DNA from: Zootoca vivipara
Taxonomy: Eukaryota
Direction: 5' to 3'
DNA length: 64,000 nt
NCBI RefSeq assembly: GCF_963506605.1
Contig: NC_083276.1
Span: 82,460,001 to 82,524,000, forward strand
Positions 49,822 through 63,263 of this stretch are shown here, one piece after another; the stretch's first letter is position 1, and every line of letters begins with the position of its first letter. The position numbers were made by a program, and so were the translations under genes. Under the pieces are notes generated by a model. That model saw nothing but the letters and a program-made list of their open reading frames with translations, did no database searches and was not told where the DNA came from.

Positions 49822-50014
49822 TGTTCCAGAAATAAAGTATTTCTCTCCACCCGACCCCCTTTTAAAAATGTAATTTTGGTACACACCATTTAGTTAGGAG
49901 TAAGATTACCTAACTTAGTTATGGGTTTTCTTGCACCCTACTCACTTATGCATTTTGGCCTGTGGAATGAATGGGAGCTCTTCCACATAGTGGGCAAACA
50001 GAAAAGCCGCTTCT

Positions 50015-51060
50015 AAGTTGGCCACAAAAGCCATCTCTATATTACTATATGCAGATGACGTGGTACTCCTGTCGCAAACAAAAGTGGGCCTAAAAAGATT
50101 GATGGGGGCCTTCTCAGGACGTTGCCCAAAAGAACAGCTGGCTATGCATTACAATAAAACCAAACCCATGGTGTTCCCAAGAAACTATCATGCGCACAGA
50201 TGCTATATGGATAATCAGCTGATCAAACAAGTTAAAGGCTGGATCTAGACACGGGGGGCGGTATAAATAAGTCACAAATTAGATCAATATAACAGAAGAA
50301 AAACCTGTCTATGGAAAATCAGGTTGTAAAATTTCCTGCTCTCTGGCGCTGTCTGGTGTAGCATGTTTAGAGCACATTCAAATTGTTGTTTCTTTACTAA
50401 TGTACTGTGTTCAAAGTCTTTAAATATCTTGGTCTTGTCTTTCAGTCAAGGGTCATGTGCAGCACATCAGAAATGCGCAAAGAAAAAGGCTCTTCAACAT
50501 GCTTTTTCCATACAAAAGGTGGCAATCAAATACCTTCAGCACTTGAAGAGTTTAAAGGTAAACCCCTAGCACAGTTATTATACGGGGCTCAGATTTAGAC
50601 AGGTACTCACCTTGGATCTACAGAAACTGTTCAGTCCAAGTTCCTAAGTCATTTTTTCCCTGTTCCATCCTGTGTTCCAAATGCTTCATTGTGCTTAGAG
50701 GACAGTCTTCCCTCTGTTGAATTACAGATTTGGCATAGAACACTTAATTATTGGCTTTGCCTGAATTTAACCCCCATCAGTCTACTTTCCCTAGTATTGC
50801 AAGACCGTCATGAGAGCACCTGGACTAAAATAGTCATCCAAAAGCTTTATTCCTCTGGTTTATCGCTACAACAGTTATTAACATTGGGCTTCATCAAAGC
50901 AAATAATTTAATTAGACAGTGCCTATATGACATTGAACGACAGAATAATTTGGCCACCATAAGGGAAAATTGCCCATGGTATGATTATTTTCAACCTACA
51001 GTAGTTTTCTTGATATATTGGCAACCTACTTGCAAAATTTAACAGTTCCAAAATACAGGT
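50015..51060 (+). mobile_element. Old non-LTR retrotransposon RT fragment (clade uncertain)
   Basis: ILLYADDVVLLS, FKYLG and LLYGAQI occur in broken frames. Confidence 0.72.
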
Positions 51061-51160
51061 GTAGAATCCCATAAACCTGCTGTAGATTAACCCACATAAC
51101 CTAAGTATAGATAAATATGCTTCCTGAAGACCAGATAGTATTCAGTGATACAAACAAGTG

Positions 51161-51702
51161 TATACCACTGTATTCTGCTCTGGTCAGACCTCACCTGGAG
51201 TACTGTGTCCAGTTCTGGGCACCACAGTTCAAGAAGGATACTGACAAGCTGGAACGTGTCCAGAAGAGGGTAACTAAAATGGTCAAAGGCCTGGAAACGA
51301 TGCCTTATGAGGAACGGCTTAAGGAGCTGGGTATGTTTAGCCTGGAGACGAGAAGGTTAAGGGGTGATATGATAGCCATGTTCAAATATATAAAAGGATG
51401 TCATATAGAGGAGGGATAAAGGTTGTTTTCTGCTGCTGCAGAGAAGCGGACACGGAGCAATGGATTCAAACTACAAGAAAGAAGATTCCACCTAAACATT
51501 AGGAAGAACTTCCTGACAGTAAGAGCTGTTTGGCAGTTGAATTTGCTACCAAGGAGTGTGGCGGAGTCTCCTTCTTTGGAGGTCTTTAAGCAGAGGCTTG
51601 ACAGGCATATGTCAAGAATGCTTTGATGGTGTTTCCTGCTTGGCAGGGGGTTGGACTGGATGGCCCTTGTGGTCTCTTCCAACTCTATGATTCTATGATT
51701 CT
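51161..51702 (+). mobile_element. CR1 LINE 3' fragment
   Basis: [19 protein letters not shown]; (ATTCTATG)n tail; flanking AAGTG repeat. Confidence 0.93.
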
Positions 51703-52224
51703 AAGTGCAGCAAGTCACCTCAGTTGTTGGAACTCAATATGGAATAGAGGGTTGTTGTTTTTTATTTCCTTTTTTTATTTCTTTTTTGGTATGGGGTGCT
51801 TCAGCTGAGAGCCCAAGTTCATATGCACATAAAGGTGGTCTATCAAAATCAAAAGAGGTATTGTTAGTTTTGGTATAAACTTGTATTGATGGTGATTAAT
51901 AAAAGATAAACTGTGGATAAAAGTTAATTTATTGCACAGTGAAATATTTTAAAATGTTGTTGTCGGTAAAATCCAGTTTTATAACATGAAAGGGAATCTG
52001 CCAATAATTCCAATTGAGTGTGGAAATAGCAGTTTCTGTAATTCAAGAATGGGGGTAAGTGGACTCCAACTCCCATTATCTCTGACTATTGGCTTTGTTG
52101 GCAAGGACTCAAGGAAGGCCACATGGAGCTTATGGTGCTGGTTCGTTTTGTTTTTAAGGAAGCCTGCTAGCCATCCAGGTTCAACTACCATGTTATTTTT
52201 AATTCTCTTACAGAGCAATATAGA

Positions 52225-53160
52225 ATGAAGCAAAATGAAAGCACTGTAACAGAATTCATCCTTGCAGGATTCATGGTCCACCCTGACCTCCAAGTCCCAC
52301 TCTTCTTGTTGTTCCTGATCATCTATGTAGCCACAATAATAGGCAACCTTGGGATAATCATAGTAACCAGTGTGGATGCTCAGCTTCAAACACCAATGTA
52401 CTTTTTCCTGAGAAACCTCTCCATTATCGATATTGGTTACTCAACTGCTATTGCTCCCAAGCTGCTGACAACATTTTTGGCAGAGAAGACAACCATTTCC
52501 TTCAAGGGATGCGCAGTGCAATTTTTCTTCTTTGCTGTCTTCATAACCACAGAAGGATGTCTTCTTGCTGTGATGGCATACGATCGCTTCACAGCCATCT
52601 GCAACCCACTGCTCTATTTTGCTATAATGTCAAGGAAGCATTGCACCATATTGGTGGTGGTTGCATATGCTTGTGGACTTACAAGTTCAATTCTCCAGAC
52701 TTCTTTTATTTTTACCTTGTCCTTCTGCAGTTCAAATATCATTAATCATTTTTTCTGTGATGTTCCCCCAATACTCAAGTTGTCCTGTTCAGACACCCAT
52801 GTCACCCACACTGTGCATTTCATTTTATCCACTATAATTGGGCTGACAACTTTTCTCATTGTCTTGGTCTCTTACATCGCTATTCTTTTTGCCATCCTGA
52901 GGATCAGCTCTGCTCAGGGCAGATACAAAGCATTCTCCACTTGTGCTTCCCACTTGACCACTGTCACTATCTTCTTTGGAACCATCATCTTCATGTATAT
53001 ACGTCCTGGTTCTACTTTCTCAATAGATCAGGATAAAATAGTTTCTGTGTTCTATAGTCTTATGATCTCCTTCCTTAACCCACTTATCTATAGCCTGAGG
53101 AACAAAGATGTGAAAGATGCTTTTGGTAGGACAATAGAGAAGGCAACTTTCTTCAAGTAA
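52225..53160 (+). CDS. Olfactory receptor (MKQN subfamily), 311 aa
   Basis: OR motifs present (variants LQTPMY and SFLNPLIY); acceptor TTCTCTTACAG ends at 52213. Confidence 0.96.
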   Translation: MKQNESTVTEFILAGFMVHPDLQVPLFLLFLIIYVATIIGNLGIIIVTSVDAQLQTPMYFFLRNLSIIDIGYSTAIAPKLLTTFLAEKTTISFKGCAVQFFFFAVFITTEGCLLAVMAYDRFTAICNPLLYFAIMSRKHCTILVVVAYACGLTSSILQTSFIFTLSFCSSNIINHFFCDVPPILKLSCSDTHVTHTVHFILSTIIGLTTFLIVLVSYIAILFAILRISSAQGRYKAFSTCASHLTTVTIFFGTIIFMYIRPGSTFSIDQDKIVSVFYSLMISFLNPLIYSLRNKDVKDAFGRTIEKATFFK

Positions 53161-54101
53161 AAATGACATTTTCTTTACACTAAAGAAAGATATAACAAGG
53201 GTTAGTATGTACATAAGCTACCTTAATGCTTTCTAACATGATCGCCGGGTTATCAAGCTACTTTGTAGACGTAAGGTATAGTGCCTTTTGCAATTGGTAT
53301 ATTTCATTTTAAGGGTATATTTCAGGATATGCCTTACCAATGAATCCAATAATAGGGCTTTCAGGCTACATAAGGTCCATGTTCTGTCAGATGATAGAGA
53401 AATTATTACACACCAACTATTGCTTGATTGACAATTTGTTAGCATTAGAGTAAACAAATCACAAACATTTGAGAGAATGTTCAGGTGGTTGACCTGATGA
53501 ACATTATAAGAGTAAGAGAAGATAGACAGGCAGAATCCTCTTATTATTCACTGGTGTAACAAAAGTTAGGAGAATGTTGAACCACAAATTGTATTGTGAG
53601 CTTTATAAAAATGTTATGTTTTCTTATCTTCATGCTGTTTTTGATTGTCTTGTTTCTTTGTAAAATAAGCTGAATATTTTGTAATTACTTATTTCTGCTT
53701 TGTATCTATCAAAGGATGCATAATGTACTGGGCACAGATGTTCTGGGTCATTGATCAACTTCTTTTTGGGAAACATCAGGTGATGCATTGCCTCGATTCC
53801 TTACTTTAGTATCACAAAACAGTGGGGATATGCAAGGCTGTCGTGGGAGGAGTGAGAAACGGACCCTGTGTTATGAACCTCTGATACTTCAATAAGGTTC
53901 CTCCTGGATTCTTACTGGGCCATGGTCCAAATTGTTGAGGGTTGAGACCATTGCTCCCTCTGTCCTGAGAGTCTTAACTGCACTGCCATCTCCAACCCAT
54001 TCAAGCTCTGCTGAGCCCACTTCTCTGCCACAACCTCGACATGTCCCTCCATACGTCTCATAAACTACTCTGAACCACCTCAGGTCACTGCTGCTGCCAC
54101 C

Positions 54102-54742
54102 TGTCATGGACTGGCTGGATGCAAAAGTGTGGTGAGAGGCATCAGCTGGGGGACCTCAAGGGAACTCACAAGGGAACTCACTCAGAGCCAGGGGGTTGGT
54201 GGTGGGAGGACGATCAGTATTTGGAAGAAGAAGAAGAAGGAACAAACTGGAAGGAGGTGGTGTCAGAAACTGAAGCGGTAACAGAGTTTCGTGAGCAAGA
54301 AGAGACTAAGGCAGAGAGCGGTCCAGAATCAGAGGTAGAAGTGGAGGCTGGAGACGAGGGGGGCCAAAATTCAGAGGTGAGGCAGGCTGCTGAAGAAGCC
54401 AGGGGGTCTCCTCCTTGTACTGTGACCAGCTCCCCTTGTACTGTGGCCACCCCCTTCCCGGTCTCCTAGACCCTGCAGAGGTTTGTAGAGGACAGAGCAC
54501 AGACAGATAAGTCAAAGAAGTCTCGGGTTGCTTGGAAAGCACCTAGAGGAGGAGGAGACATAGAGAGCTGTAGGGAGGTGGGGACCGTCAGTCCTCACAA
54601 CTGCCTCATTGGAGTAGGACCATCTGGGAAGAATTGCTCTGCTCACTCTGCTCTGCTGAGCTGTTTTTGTCTCATTGAATAAAGAGTTTTCACTGACCCC
54701 TTGTGAGTTATTGCTGACCTGCTCCTGACTCCCGCCTTGACA
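54102..54742 (+). mobile_element. Probable solo LTR (gypsy-type)
   Basis: TGTCA...TGACA termini, AATAAA near 54678, purine-rich body. No clean TSD. Confidence 0.55.
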
Positions 54743-55122
54743 GCAGCACTGCCAACAGCCTCCTCTTCAAGGCTTTCCAGTGCTGGTTCCTCACTGCACA
54801 CCTCCTTGCCACATCAGCATCTCAAGGAGGAGGAGGAGAGGGTTGGGAAGCCCTTTGTAGCCTCCGCCTGCTACTCCTCATTCCTCCTCTCTGCTGGAAA
54901 TGCCAGTGATATCAGTAGGAAGGGGTGTCTCACCCTACTTCCTCTCCTCCCCCCTGCAAAGGTGCACCTGCCAGGACTCCTTTTGGAGCCGTGTAGTGGG
55001 TTATCTATCCCAAATCTTTCACCATTAAGCTTCATTGGATGTTCACAAGTTCTAGTGTAAGGAGAAGGGCGGGGAGTTTCATCTATTCACTTTCTCTATG
55101 CCATGCATACTTTTCTAAACTT

Positions 55123-55153
<31 letters not shown>

Positions 55154-55998
55154 TTATTATTTATTTGTTTGTTTGTTTGTTCGTTCATTCATTTTCTATA
55201 CCACCGTACATCTGAGGATCACAAGGAGGTTCACATTATAAAAACACAGAAATACACAACAGGTAACAAACCATCAATCATATCCCCTCTTATTCACCTT
55301 TCCTCTAAACTACAATGCCTCCCCTAATTTAAAATGGGTGTGCCTTTGCCACATCCCTGCTCCCCTGGAAAGAAGATTACACTTGGTTTTGCCTGTGGGA
55401 GAAGTAAAGGGGTTGACCATGGGGCTATTTGGCCAATGCAGAAGACCAGTCACCCAGGCCAGTAATTTGCCTCCTTCTCACCAAACTTACCTGTATACTT
55501 TTGCTGCACCCTCCCTCCCTATTCAGTACAAGCCGTTTTGATTAGCTGCCCTTTGAAGGGGCTTTGTCAGATTTTTTTGGGGGGGGGGGCAATGTCACAT
55601 AGGCAAGAGTGCAAACTGACCATAAAACTGGTAAGAAATAGTTAAGGGGGAACCTAATGGCTGGATATTAAAGTGAAAAACAACCCCATATGAGGAACAA
55701 TGAGGATTCTGATTCCTACAGGGAACAATATATTAAGTTGCATTTCAAGGTCTGTAGTTAGAGGAGAGGTTGTGAGGTGGTGGGATGGCAGAAGGTGATT
55801 GGTTAAAGAACGAACAGCTAAGATGCCGTATATTTCCTGCATAGCATGTGTCATAATTGAAATGCTGTTGTAAGCTCTTTGAACTGTCCAGTAATGCAGT
55901 ACTGAGAAAAGTTTGATGATTTGGAATTTGGTGTGAGCCTCTGTACCTGAACTCCCAATAGTAATTTCACCCCAATACATTATATAATATATACCATA

Positions 55999-56233
55999 CC
56001 CTGTTTCTCATATTTTAAGGCATCCCCATAAAATAAGCCATAGCAGGATTTTTAAGCATTCAAGGAATATAAGCCATACCCCGAAAATAAGACATAGTGA
56101 TAGGAGCAGCAGCAATGCCGGCCGCGGCAGGAGGAGGAGGAAAAAAATAAGACATCCCTTGAAAATAAGCCATAGTGTGTTTTTTTGAGGAAAAAATAAA
56201 TATAAGACGTGTCTTATAATATGAGAAACACGG
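55999..56233. mobile_element. Tc1/mariner (pogo/Tigger-like) MITE
   Basis: TIR CC(C/G)TGTTTCTCATATT(T/A)TAAG; TA on both sides; internal AAAATAAG repeats. Confidence 0.85.
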
Positions 56234-56400
56234 TATTATACCTAGGAACTGAAAACAAAATAACAGGCTCAGACATTAGCACACATTAAGCACTTGATAT
56301 GTAGATTTGTCAAAGCAGATTAAAATTCATTCAGCCATACTTCAGAGGGGAGGGAATTCCACAATTGGAAAATTTACTGTTAAAAAAAGAGGAGAATAAC

Positions 56401-56658
56401 TAATGAGAATTATTACTTAATTCTGGTATGTGAATGGGGAGGCAATAATTCTGTTTGAAACATTATAATGACTAGCAGAAACTTGAATGAGTTTGAACAC
56501 TGCATGTCCTCAGGTGACATACACACTCATGGAACTTACTCATGAGTTTCAAGCATTTGACTTCTAGCCAATATCAAACAACTATAAAATTAGCCTTTCT
56601 ATCATTATGCCTTACTTTGGGGCTTTAGGAATGGCATCGTTCCTCTTCACAGGTAAGG
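56401..56658 (+). promoter_or_regulatory. Putative OR promoter/exon 1 cassette F, for the OR at 58921
   Basis: TAATGA at 56401 and 56466, GTCCTCAGGTGA 56506, TATAAAA 56583, donor CAG|GTAAGG 56653. Confidence 0.6.
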
Positions 56659-57257
56659 TTCCTAGATTGATATATTCTCAGAGTGCTTGGGATATTTTAT
56701 TTTTCATCAGCCAGATGATATCTATGAACACTTCGTATTTCTGGAAGCCAATAAAACTATTTGGAAGTTAATTTTGCTTTCTTTTCACAGAAGCTGGGGA
56801 GGTTGGCTTCTTATGACACTGCGTGAGGTCTCTCTTGCAGATTGCCTTGTGATTGTAATCCAGAAATGCAGATATTTTAATTCATTGGATAAGCAGTTTA
56901 TTTGCTTGATGTGTTCATATCTGATATTGCAGCTGGATTCAAACCACAAGGAAAAAATCAGATTGAAATTAAGAGACACATTACCATTGAAGGGAGTGGG
57001 TTCACTCAGTTACAATATTTTGGCATTCCGTCTATATATAGCCTCAATCCAAGAAACATGTTTATGAGAAAATGGAGGGCAGTTTACCTGCTGCAGAGCA
57101 ATTTGCTTCTTTGTTTCTCGCAGCAGTGTCGAAGATAACCTTCCTACAGGGAGTACAGTACATTACAAGCATACTTACAATCTTGCTTTGCTTTAAAATT
57201 CTGCTAGCCCAAGTTTCTGAGAGAGCAAGACTTGAATAGTGCAGTATTGCATTAGAA

Positions 57258-57350
57258 CATAGCTGCCAAGTTTTCCCTTTTCTCGCGAGTAAGCCTATTC
57301 AGCATAAGGGAATTTCCCTTTAAAAAAAAAGGGAGAACTTGGCAGCTATG
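57258..57350. mobile_element. 93-bp hAT micro-MITE
   Basis: Same family as 11685-11773; 8-bp TSD CATTAGAA. Confidence 0.9.
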
Positions 57351-57484
57351 CATTAGAATAATAATATTTAAAAATGAGGGAAAGAAATCCTGACATGATG
57401 GAGTGGCCTTAACTTTGGGAGGACTAAAAAAGCTAAATGGAGCTGTCCCTTGCTGAACTAATCAGAGCTTTAAGGATGATCTGA

Positions 57485-57536
<52 letters not shown>

Positions 57537-58920
57537 TATACACTTCTAGGTGCAAAAAATGGTGCTGCTTTAGGTGGAAAAAGTGTTACAGTGCTTGCTA
57601 GGGATGTGGCACATTACCAGTAAGAGTCCCTGTCTCTTGCAGAAGAGAACCTGTGGAGACAAGGTGGATTTCACTTGACAGAGGCTGAGAGATGTATTAG
57701 AGAATTACACAATCCTGACAATTTTATTTATTACTCCGAACTTGCTTGAGGAAAAATGGCAGGATATGTGTGAGAGGGAGGGAGGGAAGGAGAGTGAAGT
57801 GGTCCTGTGCTACAGTTGTCCCACAAGGAAAGGGTTTTCTGCAGAAATCAAACATGGAACACGTGCAATGAGATGGAGACACTTAAGCAGCCTTCCTCTG
57901 TCCACAGGTAGCATTTTGTCAGAAAATGCCCATAACTGACAATGGCCACACTTTCCAACAGAGAACTAAGTCACAAAGAAAGTTTTTGATAAAAGGGCTT
58001 AAATTATATTTTGAAAAATTAAGAAATGCACCTGTTAGTGCACCCTATTCAGAGATAAGTAGGAATGTCTTTCACGTGTTGGTTTTTCTTCCACTCAACT
58101 CACTTTGGTGGTCAGCCCTGGGGAATGAATATGAGCTCTTCCACATAGGTTTTGCTGCAGGTTCCCCTAACAGAGTAGCAATCAGTGAGCAGACATGAAA
58201 GCCTTGGTTTCATAGAATCCCGGCTGTCACACATCAACCTGCTATAGATTAACCCACACAATCCCAGTGTAGATAGGTTCACTTCCTGCAGACCAGAAAG
58301 GATCAGGTGACTCAAGCCAACACTCCAAAACACCTAAATTGTTGGATGTGAATATAAAAGGTTTTCCCATACAGTAATTTAAATTCTAAAACTTTATTTA
58401 GTTTGTATTAATTCTTTCCTTGTGGATGGGAGTGCTTCAGCTTAGAGCTTAAGTTCATATGCACAGTTCAGTGGCCTAACATTCCTTCATGGTGTTTAAG
58501 TGAAGGTGGAGTGTGAATTGATGTACCTTTAAACTATGTTAATTGATCACAGGGTGCAATATTTTTAAGCGTTATGGGTAAAATGTTATGGGTAAAATCC
58601 AGTTTTATAAAGTGAAGGGAATTTTGCCACTAATTTCCACTCAATGTGGAAATAACAGCACCTGTATCTCAATAATGGAGGCAATTGAATTCCAACTCCC
58701 ATTAGCCCTGACCATGGGATTTGCTGGCTAGGGGTGATGGGAATGGAGACCAACAACACCTGGAGGGCCAAAGGTTCTACAACCAATGCTGTAGTCTGAG
58801 GTGTTTGTTCGTTCTCCTCAAACATATAGTTGACTGGAATGAACGGATTTTAATGCAGTCTGGTAGCCATCCAGCTTCCAAAACAACATTGTTTTTAATT
58901 CTCTTACAGAGGAATATAGA

Positions 58921-59856
58921 ATGAAGCAAAATCACACTTCTGTAACAGAGTTCATCCTTGTAGGATTCATGGACCACCCTGACCTCCGAGTCCCGCTCTT
59001 CTTCTTGTTCCTGATCATCTATGTAGCCACGCTGGTAGGCAACCTTGGGATAATCATAGTAACCAGTGTGGATGCTCAGCTCCACACCCCAATGTACTTT
59101 TTCCTGAGAAACCTCTCCATTATCGATATTGGTTACTCAACTGCCATTGCCCCCAAGTTGCTGAAAACCTTTGTGGCAGAGAAGACAACCATTTCCTTCA
59201 AGGGATGCACAGTGCAGTTTTTCTTCCTTGCTGTCTTCATAACCACAGAAGTTTGCCTTCTTGCTGTGATGGCGTACGATCGCTTCACAGCCATCTGCAA
59301 CCCACTGCTCTATTTTGCTATTATGTCAAGGAAGCATTGCACCATATTGGTGGTGGTTGCATATGTTTGTGGAATTACAAGTTCAATTCTCCAGACTTCT
59401 TTTATTTTCACTTTGTCCTTCTGCAGTTCAAATATCATTAATCATTTTTTCTGTGATGTTCCCCCAATGCTCAAGTTGTCCTGTTCAGACACCCATGTCA
59501 CTCACACCGTGCATTTCATTTTATCCACTATAATTGGGCTGACAACTTTTCTCATTGTCTTAGTCTCTTACATCGCTATTCTTTTCGCCATCCTGAGGAT
59601 CAGCTCTGCTCAGGGCAGATACAAAGCCTTCTCCACTTGTAGTTCCCACTTGATCACAGTCATTATCTTCTATGGAACCATCTTCTTCATGTATATACGG
59701 CCTGGCTCCAGTTTCCCAAAGGATCAGGACAAAATAGTTTCTGTGTTCTATACTCTTGTGATCTCCTTGCTCAACCCTCTCATCTACAGCCTAAGGAACA
59801 AAGATGTGAAAGATGCTTTTGCTAGGACAGCAGAGAAGGTGATATTTTTCAAGTAA
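58921..59856 (+). CDS. Olfactory receptor (MKQN subfamily), 311 aa
   Basis: All OR motifs present; acceptor ends at 58909. Confidence 0.97.
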   Translation: MKQNHTSVTEFILVGFMDHPDLRVPLFFLFLIIYVATLVGNLGIIIVTSVDAQLHTPMYFFLRNLSIIDIGYSTAIAPKLLKTFVAEKTTISFKGCTVQFFFLAVFITTEVCLLAVMAYDRFTAICNPLLYFAIMSRKHCTILVVVAYVCGITSSILQTSFIFTLSFCSSNIINHFFCDVPPMLKLSCSDTHVTHTVHFILSTIIGLTTFLIVLVSYIAILFAILRISSAQGRYKAFSTCSSHLITVIIFYGTIFFMYIRPGSSFPKDQDKIVSVFYTLVISLLNPLIYSLRNKDVKDAFARTAEKVIFFK

Positions 59857-60769
59857 AAATAGTAAAAGTATGACCTTTTCTTAAGACTAAAGAAAGATAT
59901 TAAAAGGCTTTGTTTTTCTACTCCCAGACCCCATCATATGTTAGAGGGCAAATGATGCTATCTAACATGATGACCACCTCATCATGCTACTGTGTAGAAG
60001 GAAGGTTTAGTGCCTTCTGCAATGATAAACAGGAAAGAGGATTCTCTTACTTAAGCCACTGAAATAAATAAATCGTATCTGAATATCTTTCCTGAATAAA
60101 TAGGTGGAATCACTATGGAAGTGTAAGACAATTTGGCAAACGCCCTGTTTAAACAGATGGGAGGTGAAAAAGGAGATTCACTCTCCAGTTCTGCCCCATC
60201 TAATATTTTTCCACTCCCAGTCCCCATCATATGTTAGAGGGCAAATTTGTGCAAAGATGAATGTGCTCCATGTGTGTTTAGGCTCCTCGCATAATTTAGA
60301 AACCTTCATGGTCATGGTTCCAAATAACTAAGGAAATCTATATGCATAGGGCACTTTCCTCTCTGCAGACCTTCATATCCAAAATTTAAGGGCAGCAGGG
60401 TCAAGTAATAGGAATGCATTGGTTCACATGAAGCCAGGAATGCCAGGACATGTCTGTAGCGTATAGGGATGTTAAATAATCTCTGGAATTTCCAGCCTGT
60501 TGCTGGTTTACAGCTCCCATTGTCCCAGGAAACAGACCATTGGCCCTTCTGGAGTCCAGCAACATCTGAAGAGCCACAAGTTCTCATGGAATGGTCCTGG
60601 CACAGGTATGATTGAGATGCACACATAAGAAAATGTATTATATGGTAACAATGTAGGTGTCAAAACCAGTTGTATTCCAATTAAAGTTCCAACATAGATC
60701 TATAAGAAATATTATGACTTTGTGGGTTTGAATTGTCCATCTCAAACGGCCCAGTTCAGCTGCTGATCT

Positions 60770-61078
60770 CAGGCCCGGCTCTATGTAGACCCCTGGTGGC
60801 GCAGGGCACCATGGCGCCGGCCCGCCAGGAGGGCGCCGCGAGCTGCGCCCGCCCGCTGGCCGGCCGGTCCGCCGGTCTGCTGCGCAGCTACGCCCACCTC
60901 CTGCCCACCGCGCTGGGGAACGGGGCGGGAGGGCGCTGGAGAGATCGCGCTGTGCCTGCCCTCCCGCCCGCCGCGCAGCAGGGCCGCGCCCACCCGCCCA
61001 CCGCGCTGGGAAACGGGATGGAATGGCGCCGGAGAGATCCGGCGCACCATGGCGACAGGGGCGCTTAAGACGGCGCTG
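60770..61078. mobile_element. CpG-rich hAT MITE
   Basis: 8-bp TSD GCTGATCT (60762-60769 and 61079-61086); imperfect TIRs CAGGCCCGGCTCTA / CAGCGCCGTCTTAA. Confidence 0.8.
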
Positions 61079-61815
61079 GCTGATCTTGTACATGCGGAGT
61101 TACAGGGTTTTGCCCAAATGTACATCTTGTTAACTTGCCTTCATTGAACTGCATTTTCCATTTTTATGTCCAGTTTTGAAGAAGTCATTTTAGAACAGAA
61201 CACTGCACAATCCCTTCTTGGAATACTAGTAGAACACTTGGCTACCCGGGTGAGAACCCTAAGGTACCTCTCATTTCTAGCTTGCTCGAGAGGCTATATA
61301 AAATGAACTGTCCTTGAAGCCCTTCATCCACTAAATACTGACCCATCAGAAAGGGGAAGGTAGAGTAGCCATGTGGTTTCCTTGGCATGCTGATACCCGA
61401 GTAATCAGTGATAGGCACAGATAAGCAAAATCATGGCTTCAGTGTTTCAAAAATGAGGATGGTATTGCCCAACAAGGAGAGAGAAGGATGTATTTTGGTC
61501 ATGCCCGAGGAAAAAATGTTTTTGAGACATCTGTGCTAAAAGAAATATATGAGATGAGATGATGAGATGAGATGATATCCAGTAGTGGTGCTTTATGGCT
61601 ATATAAGATGGTATGTCCTCTCAGATGATAGAAAAAAATGTAACATACCTCTTAACTATGCTTGAATGACAATTAGTTACCAAGAGAGAAAAATAAACAC
61701 TTCATAATGGATAATTGGATTGCGAATACTTGGGAAAATGTTCACATAATAAAATTGGTGAACATTATAAGAGTAAAGGGAGGTGTACACAGGTAAATAA
61801 TCATTTTGTTGAGAC

Positions 61816-62254
61816 TGTCAGAATGTTCTACACACGAGTAGAACCTTGGCAGAGACACATGCCTGACTGGCATGTTCCCTCCCTCCTGGGCAATCGTTCG
61901 GGAGCTTCAAAAGCATTTCTTAGCCCAACCATCACAGCAACTGATGCCAGAAGACATCAGCACACTTCACAGATCTGCAGAGCTTTGCGCAATTGCGTAA
62001 CAGAACTCAGTAGCACAGCATTTTGCTAATCTACTTTATTTACATATAAACACACACGGAGCACTGCAACATGGCTCCCTCTCTCTCTAGCATCAGACAG
62101 CAAAGAGAAGGAACAAAGGACAATAGTCCCAGTTCACGAACACAGTAAGACAAACATCCTGTCTATGTCACTTCCCATTCCTGTGGAATGTAAACACATA
62201 TACATGTGATAGACAACGAACCCATGACTGGACACGGGGAATGAATCTCCAACA
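61816..62254 (-). mobile_element. Solo LTR, 439 bp
   Basis: TG...CA ends; 5-bp TSD GAGAC; - strand AATAAA at 62035-62040; absent from the paralogous flank near 53530. Confidence 0.85.
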
Positions 62255-63027
62255 GAGACATGGTGCTCCTTTCACTGTGTGTTTGTGGAAAATTATACAG
62301 ATAAATGTTGAAACACAAATATTGTTGGGTATTTTATAAAAATGTTATGTTTTCTTATCTACACGCTATTTTTATTGTATTTTTAAACTATTTTTAAAAA
62401 TAAGTTGAATCTGTTGTAATTACTTTTATATGTAATCATTTTTGAAAATAAAAAGCTGAAAACAAGAGAAGGATAAAATAACACTTTATTAAGAATTGTC
62501 TTCAGTCAAGCCCATTAAAACTAATGAACATGGCAAACTTAGATCCTTTCAGTTCAATAGGACTACGTGGAATAAAACTAAGTTTGATACAACCAAAACC
62601 AGGAAGTTTTACCCGCACTAAAACCTTGGTGAAATAAAAGGGCATTAGCTCTTTACCTGAAGTTAAAAGAAATGGGGCCAAATGAAACAACTAGAGAGAG
62701 GGTATTCTACAAATTGGGTGCCACAGTAGAAAAATGGCCAGTCTTGCATCTGAATCAATCATATTTTTGAACATAGTGGAACACATAGTAAAGCCTCTTG
62801 AAAATGGGCACAATCAGGGAACAGGATTGTAAGGAAGAAGGCCGCCCTTCAAATATGCTTCTTTGAAACCCTTTAGCACTTCACAGTTAGGAAAGGACAA
62901 AGTAAGCAACATCTATTCTGCCATCTTGTTTGGAATTATCTTTTCAAAGTAAACAAAGTAGCTAATGGCCCATGAATATGTCACACTTGGGGAGGGAGGA
63001 AATTTGATGCCACCTTTGTACCATATA

Positions 63028-63263
63028 CAGTGGTACCTTGGGTTACAGACGCTTCCGGTTACAGACACTTCAGGTTACAGACTCCACTAACCCAGAAATA
63101 GTACCTTGGGTTAAGAAGTTTACTTCAAGGTGAGAAATATTGTGGTGGCAGCACGGTGGCAGGGGGAGGCCCATTAGCTAAAGTGCTACCTCAGGTTAAG
63201 AACAGTTTCAGGTTAAGAACGGACCTCCAGAACGAATGAAGTTCTTAACCCAAGGTACCACTG
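63028..63263. mobile_element. Tc1/mariner (Tigger-like) MITE
   Basis: TIR CAGTGGTACCTTGGGTTA; TA TSD. Confidence 0.9.

Noticed and set aside
54119-54469. Acidic 116-aa ORF as a host gene
   Set aside because: It lies wholly inside a TGTCA...TGACA LTR-like element and has no exon context.
60770-61078. CpG island or promoter of an unknown gene
   Set aside because: Bounded by an 8-bp TSD and TIR-like ends; it is a young transposon.
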